Below are positions 11,807 to 24,244 of a DNA stretch of 64,000 bases, piece after piece (within the stretch, counting starts at the first letter, position 1; the number at the start of each line of letters is the position of its first letter). The notes under the pieces are model-generated. The model searched no databases. It had not been told where the DNA came from and saw only the letters and a list, made by a program, of their open reading frames with translations. This DNA comes from Zancudomyces culisetae HAW-14-8 (Eukaryota > Fungi > Kickxellomycota), in the NCBI GenBank assembly GCA_052426225.1, contig JBNJNM010000012.1, positions 1,178,001 through 1,242,000 of the forward strand. The letters run 5' to 3'. The translations under genes were made by a program, and so were the position numbers.

Positions 11807-12431
11807 TTGCCGTTGTTTTATTTATGTTTCTTCCTCTAGCTATGCAAAGAGTAAAATACAATATATTTCACTATTTCTGGATAATTTGTTGCTATTTCCG
11901 AACCCAGTTCGATCTACCACCCAAACTCCACGCTAAAAAAATAATTAATTAGTTAAAAAAAATTTTCTCCTTACTCGACTTCAATTTGCCTAGTCAAATA
12001 ATCACTCATTATCACGTGGAAAGTTTCTTTTCTATATTGCTCTGATACTTATTTATTTTCGGTAATTGGGCCCAATGCAGAGGAGCTTTACCAACTTTGC
12101 CACTTTTTTTTTTGCATAGTTTGTTGATTTTCCAAACCGTTATACGCCGAGTTTGTTTACATTTATTTCTCCCTATGATTTTATGCTCCAAGTCCAAGAA
12201 AGAGATTTGAACAACTTATCAAATAGCAATAGTTTTGATCAAATTTGCATTGAAATATATTGTCTATATACCACCCCACCCCCTCTTCACTTTTACTTCC
12301 AGCTTTTATAATCTTTCAGTTTTGAAAAAAGGGCATAGATAACAACAATATTATTCGATCCATCCACTTGAAAGCGAGAAAAGAAAGAAACGAAAACTAA
12401 ACGGCATCTTTGGCGGGGATAATTTCACAAA

Positions 12432-13428
12432 ATGATGCAACAGCTAGTTAAAAGCAACATAACACTAAAAGGATCGGCAAAAATCATCACCGAGTTTTTT
12501 GGTAATTTTTTGTTCTTTTTATACTTTTGTTTGTATACACTAGCCACTCATCAGTGACAGGTTCGTAGTAAATTAATCGCAATAAGGGAGGCTGAATTAT
12601 GCTAGTTTTAGTATTTTTTTCCCTTCTTAATCTAAACTTGCTCCTTTTTCAACACTTGTCATCTATATAGATTACAGTCTGAATAATATTTTATACCAAC
12701 GCGGAATCTACCCCTCCGATGTATTCAGAATGACTAAAAAATATGGTCTATCCATGTTGGTGACCACCGATCCCGAACTCCAAGACTACATTAAAAAGAT
12801 TCTAACCCAAGTTGAAAGTAAGTCATCTCTATCTAATCCCACTTAGTTGCATTGTATATCTATACCATTTTGATAAACAGAAAATTCATTATCCATAACT
12901 CCTCAACCTTGTACATTTAGAGTGGATCGTGTTTAAGAACATCACACATTTGGTTTTGGCTATAAGCTCCAAAGAGACCAGAGAAGTGCTAGAACGATGG
13001 CAGTTTGATATTTCACTGGAAGATGATCAAGTAGATAGCTCTGATAGGTAAGTGATGCCCTACAATTAAACCAATGCTTTATATTTATTGTACATTCCCT
13101 TTTTATTAACCAATATTCGTTTTGCTCTATATACTGACATTCTAGTACACCTATTCAACACACAACCGAGGAACAGATACAAAAGGATATTCAGGCATTA
13201 ATACGTCAAATCACAGCATCTGTAACATTCCTGCCATCCCTAGAAGAAAAATGTACTTTTAACATCCTTATTTATACTGACATGGGCGCAGAAGTTCCAT
13301 CAGACTGGATTAATACGGATCCACACCCCGTGAAAAACTTTGAACAAGTTAAATTTAGATCCTTCAGTACCACTGTACACAAGGTTGATTCTTTTGTTTC
13401 CTATAGACGTGATTCTGATGTTTGTTGA
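12432..13428 (+). CDS. MAD2: Spindle-assembly checkpoint HORMA protein Mad2 (exons 12432-12501, 12671-12817, 12921-13047, 13146-13428); absent from the ORF track
   Basis: Hand-spliced: ITLKGSAKIITEFF|DYSLNNILYQRGIYP..F..TKKYGL...EVLERWQFDI...IQKDIQALIRQITASVTFLP...FNILIYTD...FRSFSTTVHKVDSFVSY. All junctions are GT-AG and in frame. Confidence 0.96.
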
Positions 13429-13608
13429 TTGGAACCGTGTTTTATTTTTATATTATTTTTTATTTTTAGTTTCCTCACAAATTGAGTTATTATTAAAATA
13501 TCCAATTAATTAAGGTAAAAGTAAGAGTAAAGGTAAAAAAAAAGCATCATCAAATAACCACAAGTTAAGGGTATTTCGATGCAAAAGTTAACAGACACTA
13601 CACTTGTG

Positions 13609-14709
13609 TTAGAGCTTTGGATATAGCTCCATGACCCATGGCAAACCGAGCCTATTGTTAGATATAAAAGTACGGTACATCTCCAGCTTTATATGATGAA
13701 ATGCCTCGCCTCTTACAAGAGCCTTCACCGACAGCCTCTCTGCGAGTTTCAGTGCCTCTTCCACAAGGTGCTCTGGCTCGACGATTTTGTCAACAAGCTT
13801 GAATTTGGCTGCATCAGCTCCATTAAATCGATACGCCTCAAGAACGAGTTTTTTGAATGTCTGGTGGTTGTTCACCTTGCTTCTAACCAACTCCAGCAAT
13901 CCATTTTTGAGTGGTGTGGCCAGTTCTATTTCGTTCTATTATGTGTATGAATAAACCGAATTTGCAACAATTAATCTTAGTATTTTGAGTTTTAGCATCA
14001 ACTTAGATACTTACCAAGCATACAAATCCTCTCTTACTGTTCATAACTCGATAGTCGTGTGCAAGTGCCAGCAACTACAATTATTAATATTTATGTTTGT
14101 TTGTTAGTTTTTATTGGTATTTACACCATATTACTTTGGTTATCGATATTTTTGAGTCATCTCCTTCCCCCCTCCCACATTCTTTTTTTTTTTGATTTAG
14201 GTACACAGCGTGCAACTAAAACATGTGAATATGAAGCTCTTTTTACTCATTCTGTTCGTCTCCTATCCTACTATTTTGCTGTACTTCCAGGATTATTATA
14301 ATACAATGTATTTTTATTTTTCACTTACGAAACCTCCTCCAAAGGCATGGCCGCTGATGGCTGTTACTGTAGGTACTCTGAAAACTGTCAGTCTGCTGAA
14401 CAGACTGATCAACAGCGGCACTACCTCTTTATCACGCAGGGCATACGGTACATCCAATCCATTACAATAAAACTTTCCTGTGGAGGCTGTGGTCAAACTG
14501 CCACCAATATTCTTTTTTTCTTCTGGAAGACTCTTCATAATGTCCTCAACGTAGTCCAAAGCCTGGTGGTACGCCTTGAGAAAGTTTGCAGTGAATCTGT
14601 TTTCAGGGAATGCTCGCATTTCGAGCAAGAAACATGTTGGTTTTTGCGGGTTTGGTACTGATACCTTTATAAGCGCATTTTGTTCGTTTGGAAAAAATAT
14701 TGGATCCAT
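13609..14709 (-). CDS. Peroxisomal enoyl-CoA delta-isomerase (crotonase family), copy A (exons 14709-14329, 14074-14015, 13935-13609)
   Basis: GKFYCNGLD, PTVTAISGHAFGGG, LALAHDYRVM...RGFVCLNEIEL; C-terminal PTS1-like PKL. Confidence 0.9.
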
Positions 14710-16863
14710 GTTTCGGTTTCAACGTACTTTTTTGTTTTTGTTTTTGTTTTTCCTTGCGTTTGTATTTGTATTTACTCTGTTTTTACCGTTTCTAAACACT
14801 GATATACACTATACTGGTTTTGTTGATCCAAAAATAACAGACTTATGTTTTCTTTACGAGATGGAAAAATTAACATTCTAATATATTTATTTGCTCAGCA
14901 ACAGGTTTCCTAATAAAATATTCCCACTCTTATTTGTGGTTAGCGAAGAAACGTGATATCTGTTTCTCCTGCTTTTTTTGTGACAGTTTTTGTGCGATTT
15001 CCACCCTAATCACTGCTGTTTCAAATTTCAGGGTACAACTGTCTTGAACATGTCAACTGTTCTGAAACAGTACTGTCGATTTTCAGATGTCTTCAACGGA
15101 AAAAAAGGGAAATTAATGTTGGCGAACTTTTGGCTGCCTAGGATGGCAATTTTCTTTTTTTTTTGGGACAGTTTTTTCAATTACCACGATTGAAATATAT
15201 GAACAAGTAAAAAGAAGAGGGGTGGATACAACAGAGAGAACAAATTTTTTTAACTCTAAAATGTTGTATAGAGAATACATGCTGCTTGTGACTTTACTTT
15301 ATCAGAAACAGTGAACTAGTGTGTTAATATGTCGATTCGAGATACCACTAGTCCTGGAAAATATGCATTATAATTAACGACGACGTGTATACTGGTGATA
15401 ACTATTATAACCCCTACTGTATTGCTATAGTTGCAGGCTGGTTTAAATATTTTACATTTTCACTTGTATATTTGAGTGCGCAATTTTTTAACTCTTAATA
15501 ACTATTGATATAGAAAAGGGGTCTGAAAACATAACTTGGTAGTATACTCTAGTAAGGACATATGCGACACTCCCCATTCTCTTTTTTTTTCTGAAAGCTT
15601 TAAAAGTGACAAGTTATACACTGGTTCACTGGTTCTTTGTTTTGCAGATACAACCAGCGAAGCATTATTTTTTTGCAATCTCTACATCTTTACAGGAGTA
15701 TTTAATTACGCCTCAAGTTTGGAGCTAATATATAACACTCTGTTATCTTATGTAGAACCACAAAATGTAATGAACCAGCAGATATGAATCACCCACCTCC
15801 CAAAAAAACATAAAAAGTTCTCCACACACACAACGGAACAAATGTACAGCGGCTGAAAACCTCGAAATTCTAAACACTCCTCCCCCCCTTTTTTATGCGG
15901 CACCACACCATTACCACAAGCAAACAGCTTACTATCCCCAAATGTAATGACCGCGATTCTGTTGGTTGAATGTCAGCTTTTCCCCCCTGCGTATACATGG
16001 ATTAAAAGTATGGGGCCATCTGCTTCGGATCCGGTTTACTCTACTATTACATAACTAGAGCATGTACTTTCGAATAGCCATGATAAGCCGCCTTTGTGCT
16101 ATTTATGGTGAAATTATCACTGTTGTGGCGGGGTTTTCATGCAAACTGTCAATTGAGCTTTAATTTTTGGCTACCAATATATTTGGGGGCATCGTGTGGA
16201 CATAAATTGACAAACCCAAGCGAATAAAGCAGATTGGTGGATACAGTAATGGAGAGGGTGGTGACTGGTAAGTATTGGAGCCACACAAATCAAACCACCC
16301 CTCTTTTCTCTGATTCTCTGATTCCCTCTTGTCCCCTTTCCCCCTTCCTCTTTTTCCCCCTATCTCTATCTCTCTTTTTGAGTCAACTAGTATAATTGTA
16401 GGCTTATATACACAGCCATTAAAGTTTGTTCATAGGAACTCAAGCCATAATTACAAAGCCCTAATTGTAATACACAAGTTAAAGTATTCATTATTTGTGC
16501 TATAGCGATTTGAGCTTTAATCCCATCCGTACTATAGAATTAAATACTCAGTTTGCTGATAATATTATATGTACTCGGGCCTTGTTTCTATCTAGATAAA
16601 AGATGTAGATTTTTTTTATTAAAACCGTTCCAAACCCTTTTTTTTCAAAAAAAATATAAAGATACACATTTTAAATGTATTCATACTTTCATAAAGATAT
16701 ACAATAATTTAAAATACATTAAATGATCTTATTCTATAAATTCAGAAAATCAATAAGCCTGCATATATCACACTAGTTTTATTCAACGCAAGTCGAACAA
16801 AAGAAATAACACAAATTTATAAACGAACAAATAGATATATCGAAATTAATACAAAAATCAACA

Positions 16864-17476
16864 ATGTCAAAATCAATATCACTAATATCCACTATATTTG
16901 CGATTATTTTGGGAATTGGTGCAGCAAACGCTCAAGGATCCACCTTTAACCAGCAATGTTTCTTGAGCGTGTGCAAGGGCAAACCCCAAGATACCAGTTG
17001 CATAGCAAATTGCTACAGGGTCCCTGTTCCTTCATCCGACAAGATTGCAAAGGCTAACGATTGCTTTGTAAACTGCGTAAAAACATCAAACGATATGACT
17101 TATGGAACGTGTATTGTGGGTTGTATCGACCTGTACTATGTTCTCCCTTACTACTCAACCTTGTATGGTTCTTCACTAACTTCGACTCTTCAAGGTATGT
17201 CGCGTACTATTTTCAAACGATATTTCCAGTTTGTGTAAATACTTGTTATTGGTAGTATATTTACTCTAACATTTTAATTGTACACATTTAGCTCCTTCAT
17301 CAACATTTAGTATACCATCTTCAATTTTTTCGGGAATGATGAGCACCACAGGTTCAAAACCCATAGGAGCTTCTGGCACCCCACTACGTGCTTCAGGTGC
17401 AGACTCTCTGACAAGTTCGTATAAAACGCCCCTGGTTTTCAGTGTATTCGTGCTTATCGCAGTTATTTTTGTGTAA
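16864..17476 (+). CDS. Small secreted 8-Cys protein, probably GPI-anchored (exons 16864-17194, 17292-17476)
   Basis: Signal peptide; C-x4-C-x8-C-x3-C-x16-C-x3-C-x11-C-x3-C; S/T-rich linker; hydrophobic C-terminus (PLVFSVFVLIAVIFV) appears after splicing. Confidence 0.85.
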
Positions 17477-18267
17477 TTCCGTCTGCATTGTGTTTCAGAA
17501 CTCTCCTTTTTTAGTTAATATCCTATCTTTTTTTAATTATATTAGGTACTCAAAAAAAAATATTGTAATATAAGTTGCGTATTTCTAAATAAAAGATCGT
17601 GATGCATTTATGATTTATTAACCTAGCAAAAATTCTACTATTAATGCTACACACAAACACACACAAACACAAACACACACACAAAACGTATTTCTAGAGG
17701 CTTTAAGTGTTTCTTCAACTACACACTCCTAAAAATAGTGGAAATAAAGTTTGATGGTAGTATACTAATTCACAGCTTGGAGAGTCTGATACGAATTAGA
17801 AAAGGTGCTAATAATTATCATGGGGAACAAGTCGGAAACTTCGTATATAAGCCCGGTATATGAACGTGTCTGTACGTATGTTATTGTACTCGTTTCCTTA
17901 ATGTGAAGCATGATTTCTTGTTGACTTTAAAACACCCTTAAGCCGATATCAAAATATAAACCAATTGTAGCACTTTAATAGTGTCTCCCAATAATAGAAA
18001 AATTTCATATTGACTAAACTTGAAACTATTTAGCATGGTCTGGATTTTTTTTTTACTTTCTACATGTGAAAATGAACTAATTTCACATTTCTCCCCAGAT
18101 ATACACTAAACCAAAACTATGGAGGCTTTTTGTGGTACTAGAATTATCAATTCTGTTTATCTCGGATTTAAATAGCCTGCACAAACCGCTTAGAGTTCTT
18201 TTATTGTCTCTCTATATTTTTTCTTCTAAACTGAAAGCAAGATAAAAACGAAAACAAATTTGACACA

Positions 18268-19212
18268 ATGACATCGATATACCTTCCTAATGAAAAAGAA
18301 AAGCTCGTAAAGTTATACGTTCCCGACAAAAACAAACCCACACATTTTGTGATGGAGCTTGTGTCATTACCCGAAAACCGATTTGATATGGAACTTATTG
18401 GTGCCATCAACAATGCATTGGATATTGTTGACACTGCAATACTAAGCTTACCAGATGATAAGAAGAATATCGGCGGAAGTTTAATAACAACCTCTTCTGG
18501 AAAATTTTTCTCTAACGGCTTTAATTTGCAAAAGGCTTGGAAGAACGTAGAGGAGTTTTACCCTGCAGTCCAGAAACTTTATGCCAGATTTTTAACATTT
18601 AGAGTACCGACAATTGCAGCGATCAATGGTCATGCATTTGCAGGAGGCTGTGTAGGTTACAGATAAAATACATATCAACAATTATTTTATATCTCGTAAT
18701 CTTGGTTTTGACGTGTATGATACTTTGAATAGATGCTCGCATTTGCACATGACTATAGAGTGATGCGTGAGGATAGAGGGTTTATTTGTATGGTGAGTAT
18801 AACAATGTAGCTCTAAACATTATCTCTTGTTTTATATACTTTATTATTGATCGAATATAACCAAGTTTTTTTATGGTGGTATTAGAATGAAATCGATATA
18901 GGCCTTCCATTATTACGGGGAATGGCTTCAATAATCAAGCTGAGGATAAACGACCCTTCAACTCTGAGAAAATGTGCACTGGAGGGACATAGGTTTACCG
19001 CACAAGAGGCTGTTAAAGCTGGATTTGTAGAACAGGCAGTTCCTGAAAAAGAGATAATGCCCACAGCATTCAAGTATGCAGAAATATTTGCAAAGAAGGC
19101 TCTCAACCGCGGTGAAGCATTCAGACTGATTAAAACTGAGGTTCATCGAGAAACCATCATTGCTTTGTTGTCAAACGAACTGAAACCAGGATCATACCTA
19201 TCTAAGCTTTAA
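18268..19212 (+). CDS. Peroxisomal enoyl-CoA delta-isomerase (crotonase family), copy B (exons 18268-18651, 18733-18792, 18886-19212)
   Basis: GKFFSNGFNL, PTIAAINGHAFAGG, LAFAHDYRVMREDRGFICMNEIDIG; canonical PTS1 SKL. Confidence 0.92.
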
Positions 19213-21227
19213 CTCTAGTCTTTAAATTGTTATGAAGTGTAGTGACAGACGTTTTTCCTCTGATTCATTCATTTTTCTTTAGTGTCGGTGATTATAATCA
19301 ACCTATCAATATGTTCACATGTGAACCCGTTGTTCTATTGTAGATTGTTGGTTTATATCAATAAAAACACTTCCACATAAAGACAGATGTTTACTACAAA
19401 CTTGTCTCACGCTAGTAGTGGGTATTTTATGATCCAAAAACTGGAGTTTTTCTGACTACAACTCTCTTGAGTACAAAAAAAAAGGAGTCGTGTTTCAGGA
19501 AAAATGGATACGAGCCATTTTGACCTTATAATACAGGATCCTGGTTTCAGGACTGTGTGTTACCTTCCCATATCTTCGGTTATTGTAAAAAAACGACCAG
19601 ATGGTTCGTTGGCTCATAGTTGATCTGTGCATTTAGAAAATGAGCTTTATATAGAAGGTTTTACTATCCGATACTGATTACTAATGCGTTTAAGTAATAA
19701 AAATACAAAGTGCAGTACTTTTGATAAAAAAGTATAAATGTAATACTAGCTAGGCCCCGAAGGGCTTGTGGGTGATATTGTAGTTAGCTCGTCTTGATGA
19801 AGTTCTGATTGCTTTCTTTATGCCTCAATAAAAAGAAGAATCTTAATAGATGTCGTTTTTTAATAACACTGGGTTTTTGAAAAACATGCTTGGTGCTGTG
19901 TGCATAATATTCGTTTCCTTTTTACTTGTGAAGCATGGAATGTAGCTCTGAGTGGATGGATTCCTGTGTTCAATAACTTTTTTTTTTCTCATTCTAAACC
20001 TTTTAATACCTTTGTGAAATTGCGACGGATTGCAAATATTGCAAATAAATTCGCAATACTAGACAATGCTAAGATTGTTAGCGAGTACCCATTTTAAAGG
20101 TAAATCCTATTGGAAAGCCCAGGACGGCTCTAGCCATGGAGATGATTAATAGCAATGATCCCGCAAACCGCACTGTACATGCTACCCTCTCTTCCTCCCC
20201 CAAAAGAGTCAAAGGGCAAATGGTTTTGCTTTTTTTAATGAAAAAAAGATAGGTAGGTCAGTGATTTATTGCAATCACATTGCTATGGCTAGCCATATGT
20301 TTCTGTATAGTATCAATATTTATAGATATAATCACACTGGATGAATAGCTATGGGCAATTCCAAAATGTGTTACTTTTTTTTTTTGATACTCAAGCTTGG
20401 TTTTAGTTCATTAAATTGTGGGCAAAGTCGCAGCTGGCCATTAGAATCCGAAAAACACGACATTTTTGCCTAATATTTGTAATAATATGCGTATATTCGC
20501 TATTTCACACTTTACTCGTATTTTCTTTGTTCTAGCTTGTGCAGTAAGCGAATGGGGTTTTGGCACTTCCAGTTGACGAATAAGAGCTCGTGCTTAAGCT
20601 CCCTTTAAAATTAAAAACGTAGATTTGAAGCCATTGAGCTGAAAAATATGACAATTTGCCAATTGCGAAAATAGCGTGGTAATGAGGAATATGAGCTTGG
20701 AAATGGTTCCTTACATTATTTGCATGAATAGTGACGTCGTATACCCACCAAGTATCTCTCGATTCACCAGTGCTGTTTATCTGAAATAGCATGCAATGTG
20801 AAAGAATTCTTGCTAATTACGCTGCCACTCACTTCTCGCTTTTGTGTATAGCAAAATAAAAATCAACAATGAGGTTGTCATATATGGCATCTGTGTTGTT
20901 AATTAAATCCAATTACACTGGACCACCGAAACAAAACAAGGAAACAAGATTTTTGATTACAAATAGCTATGGCTATGGTAACATCATTCCTTGATACCTA
21001 ACAAATCACATGGTAATCCTTGACCCAAAGTGCATATAAATATATACCACCCCATGGTATGATGGCTCCTGTGATGTATAATCAACAAAACCGACATTAG
21101 TTGATGCAATAGTAAGCGCTAGTCTTTTTTTTCTGCTTTAATAAGAAGCTATCATATAAATACAGCTGGAAACATTAATAAGTATCAGCAACACCAAAGC
21201 CTCTAGACTTGGAAAAACAAAGCAAAT

Positions 21228-23876
21228 ATGACAGAAATTATTGATTCGAGCGCTGTAGGCCAAGATGTAGGTCAAGATGTGGCCTTCGTTAAGGAGGGTG
21301 TTGTAAGAGAAATCGAGCTTTTACGGGAAATGGGTGAAACCGTGTTGCAGAGAAAGAACATCTCAGGGGATGCCGAAGCTTTTGCCCACACTGGTGGAAT
21401 AGTGGATTTCTTGAAAGGCGGAAACGCGAGTGCAGCTGAGCTAAAGGTAAAATGCGATGCCAACACAGCGGTATCTCATGTATGCCAAACTCTTTCTGAT
21501 GTTGTGCTGGTATACGATACCGAGGAATTATACGACGAACTATCCCTTTACAGACCAATAATAGCAAACACGAAAAATATCTGGGAAAGGGTTAGCGTTG
21601 CTGTCCATATGCAAACAAGAGAAGGTGCAGGGACAATCGGGTTGGGTATAAAGAGTGAGGATGCACAGCTGTCCATCATTGCATACCCAGAATCAATGAA
21701 TTATTTTAGGTATGTATTGGCTACACACAAAAATGGATTTGCGGGCGTCGTGTTTAACATTTTTACAACCAACGAGGCGGGTCAAACACTCAACAAGTTT
21801 TCACAAGAGTTGGCAAGGTACAGCGATGCTGAATACGTGGTACTAACATCCGAAACGCCACAGAAAGCACATGATATATCCATTATATCCTTTGCATTGG
21901 CATCAGTGTTACGTATCCCAGTTTTCCACATGCACTTGAGCGCTGCGGGAGAAGGCTCCACAAACGAGGAGAATGTCATGCTTAGCTCAAGCAGCTTAGT
22001 AAAGCAATTTACCGAACTATTTAGCGCGAAAACCAAGGAGCAGGACTTGGATAAGGTGAAGTTGGTGGATCTTGCGTATACGTTGTTTGATTTGACATAC
22101 CACCGACTCCACAAAAGCATAGAAACCCACGGTTCATTGTTATCGAGCACTGTGATCATTTCGCTGGGGCAATTTTTTGGCGCAAAGAATGCGAGCGGTA
22201 TAAGCTGTCTAAATGACAAGGATATTGCTGAAATCAAGGACCTTTTACTTATAAGTATAAACGACTATACCACATCATCAGTGCAGAGGGTTGCAGAAAT
22301 AGTCGATAGTGGTCATGTCAAACGTGTCCTAGTTGTCGGAAGTTCAGAAGGCGGTTCGTTTGGTGCGGGTAATCATCTGTACAGAGATCTTATTACCACA
22401 TTATATCTCACCTACAACCTTGCAGATATTGATATCGAGTACAAAAACGTAAGTGGTTTGGAGTATGGGGCCCTTAAAAGGGTTATATATGAGTATGCCA
22501 CCCAGAGCACATTCGAAAATGAAGATTTTGCCAAAAATCAAGAAAGCGCTGAGCATGAAGGGTCGGCTTTGGTGTCGGTAGTTGCATCTACCTGTTCTGT
22601 CACGGACATAGGATCTATCAAAAATAAATCGCCATTTTCCTCTGAAAAAGAAGAGCTATTTAAAAAAATAGTGTTTAAAGACAATTACGCATACAATAGC
22701 GATGCACTAACCGGAGAAAGAGTGCACTTTATCAGAGTAAAGAAGAAGGTTAGATTGACCCCCGAATCATATGACAGAAACGTTTTCCATATCGAGTTTG
22801 ACACAACAGGAAGCGGGTTGGAATACGAAATAGGAGACGCCCTTGGTGTTTATGGATATAACGACGTGGATGAAGTTGAAAGGTTCTTGGAATGGTATGG
22901 CGTGGAGGACTCCCAGCAGGTAATTGCAAAAGAGGTGAATGGAAAGCTGGTCTATCGAACCATTTTTCAATGGTTCTATCAATCTGTGGATCTGTTTGGA
23001 AGACCTGGCAAAAAGTTCTACAACTTTTTGGCAGAGTATGCAACAGACAGTTCTGAGGCTGAGAAGCTTGCTTGGCTAACCACCAGCGAAGGAACCAACG
23101 AGTTTAAAAAGCGAGTGGAGGACACAACTACATACGCTGATCTACTGTTTGAATTTGCATCAGCAAAACCCGAGCTCAGTCAGCTTATTGATGAGATACC
23201 ATTGATTAAACAGCGGCACTATTCCATATCCTCCTCTGCAAAGATGCATCCAAATTCTGTTCACTTGTTGGTTGTGAGTGTACACTGGGATGTGCTCGCC
23301 CAGCAACAAAAGAAGGAAAGACATGGACTTTGTACCAGATATTTGGATCAGCTAAGAGTTGGAGATGAAATTATGGTGAGCATTAAACCTTCAGCTATGA
23401 AACTTCCTGAGGATGATAAACGTCCTATAGTGATGGCCGGTCTGGGCACAGGAATGGCACCGTTCAAGGCATTTATTGAGGAACGATCCTACCGAAAGTC
23501 TATGGGCATTGAAGTAGGACCAATAGCGCTTTACTTTGGTTCGCGATACCGGAACATGGAGTATCTCTACGGCGAGGAACTTGAGGCTTATCATAGTGAC
23601 CAATTATTGACAGTACTAAGATTGGCATTTTCACGAGACCAAAAGGAAAAGATATACATCCAACACAGACTTCAAAATGACTCTGAAATGTTAGCAGAGT
23701 GGCTGGTTCGCAAGAAGGGATCATTCTATTTGTGTGGACCCACTTGGCCAGCTGGTGATGTTAAGGATGCCATCGTAAGCTCCTTTGTTACTCAAGAAGG
23801 TATGACCGAAAAGATGGCGAATAGAACAATAGACGAGATGAAGAATGAGGAGCGTTACGTTTTGGAAGTTTATTAG
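21228..23876 (+). CDS. MET10: Sulfite reductase [NADPH] flavoprotein (alpha) subunit
   Basis: RLTPESYDRNVFHIEFD, YEIGDALGV, RHYSISSS, MAGLGTGMAPF, LYFGSR, YLYGEELEAY, AFSRDQ..KIYIQ, FYLCGPTWP, RYVLEVY terminus; degenerate N-terminal half as in fungal Met10. Confidence 0.93.
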   Translation: MTEIIDSSAVGQDVGQDVAFVKEGVVREIELLREMGETVLQRKNISGDAEAFAHTGGIVDFLKGGNASAAELKVKCDANTAVSHVCQTLSDVVLVYDTEELYDELSLYRPIIANTKNIWERVSVAVHMQTREGAGTIGLGIKSEDAQLSIIAYPESMNYFRYVLATHKNGFAGVVFNIFTTNEAGQTLNKFSQELARYSDAEYVVLTSETPQKAHDISIISFALASVLRIPVFHMHLSAAGEGSTNEENVMLSSSSLVKQFTELFSAKTKEQDLDKVKLVDLAYTLFDLTYHRLHKSIETHGSLLSSTVIISLGQFFGAKNASGISCLNDKDIAEIKDLLLISINDYTTSSVQRVAEIVDSGHVKRVLVVGSSEGGSFGAGNHLYRDLITTLYLTYNLADIDIEYKNVSGLEYGALKRVIYEYATQSTFENEDFAKNQESAEHEGSALVSVVASTCSVTDIGSIKNKSPFSSEKEELFKKIVFKDNYAYNSDALTGERVHFIRVKKKVRLTPESYDRNVFHIEFDTTGSGLEYEIGDALGVYGYNDVDEVERFLEWYGVEDSQQVIAKEVNGKLVYRTIFQWFYQSVDLFGRPGKKFYNFLAEYATDSSEAEKLAWLTTSEGTNEFKKRVEDTTTYADLLFEFASAKPELSQLIDEIPLIKQRHYSISSSAKMHPNSVHLLVVSVHWDVLAQQQKKERHGLCTRYLDQLRVGDEIMVSIKPSAMKLPEDDKRPIVMAGLGTGMAPFKAFIEERSYRKSMGIEVGPIALYFGSRYRNMEYLYGEELEAYHSDQLLTVLRLAFSRDQKEKIYIQHRLQNDSEMLAEWLVRKKGSFYLCGPTWPAGDVKDAIVSSFVTQEGMTEKMANRTIDEMKNEERYVLEVY

Positions 23877-24244
23877 TTAGCATTTCTTATCACCGCTTGT
23901 TTTGTGTATACATCAAGAAAAACGATTATATCACTTATCTCTATTAGTGCTTTCCGAACCTGATTACCTCAGAAATGCCTTGCATGCTTTCTTTTTTTTA
24001 TGGCGTTTGGTTGGGTCAATTAAAATCTTTATTTTATTTTTTTCAAAATGGAATAAACGTCTATAAAAAAGTTTCACAATTGATTATAACGGCGAAAAGA
24101 TAAACCAAGAAATATTTCTTATTTGAAATGTAGTCTTGTTGAAAATACTTATTAATTTAGCTGGAAAAGCACATATCTCTAAATAAAAGAAAGAAGATAC
24201 AACCAGGAGTCAAATCTGAGAGGGGGACTACCAGAGATCATTTT

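Noticed and set aside
13420-13430. Cys-TGA end of MAD2 as a possible selenocysteine readthrough
   Set aside because: Mad2 is complete at this point and not a redox protein; no SECIS-like element recognised downstream.
19750-19770. C(UUCG)G hairpin on the - strand (GCCCTTCGGGGC)
   Set aside because: Isolated 4-6 bp stem with no Sm site or other snRNA motif nearby.
20500-21227. Sulfur-regulon motifs in the MET10 promoter
   Set aside because: Only partial matches (GTGACGTC, TCACATG); no exact Cbf1, Met31/32 or Cys-3 site.
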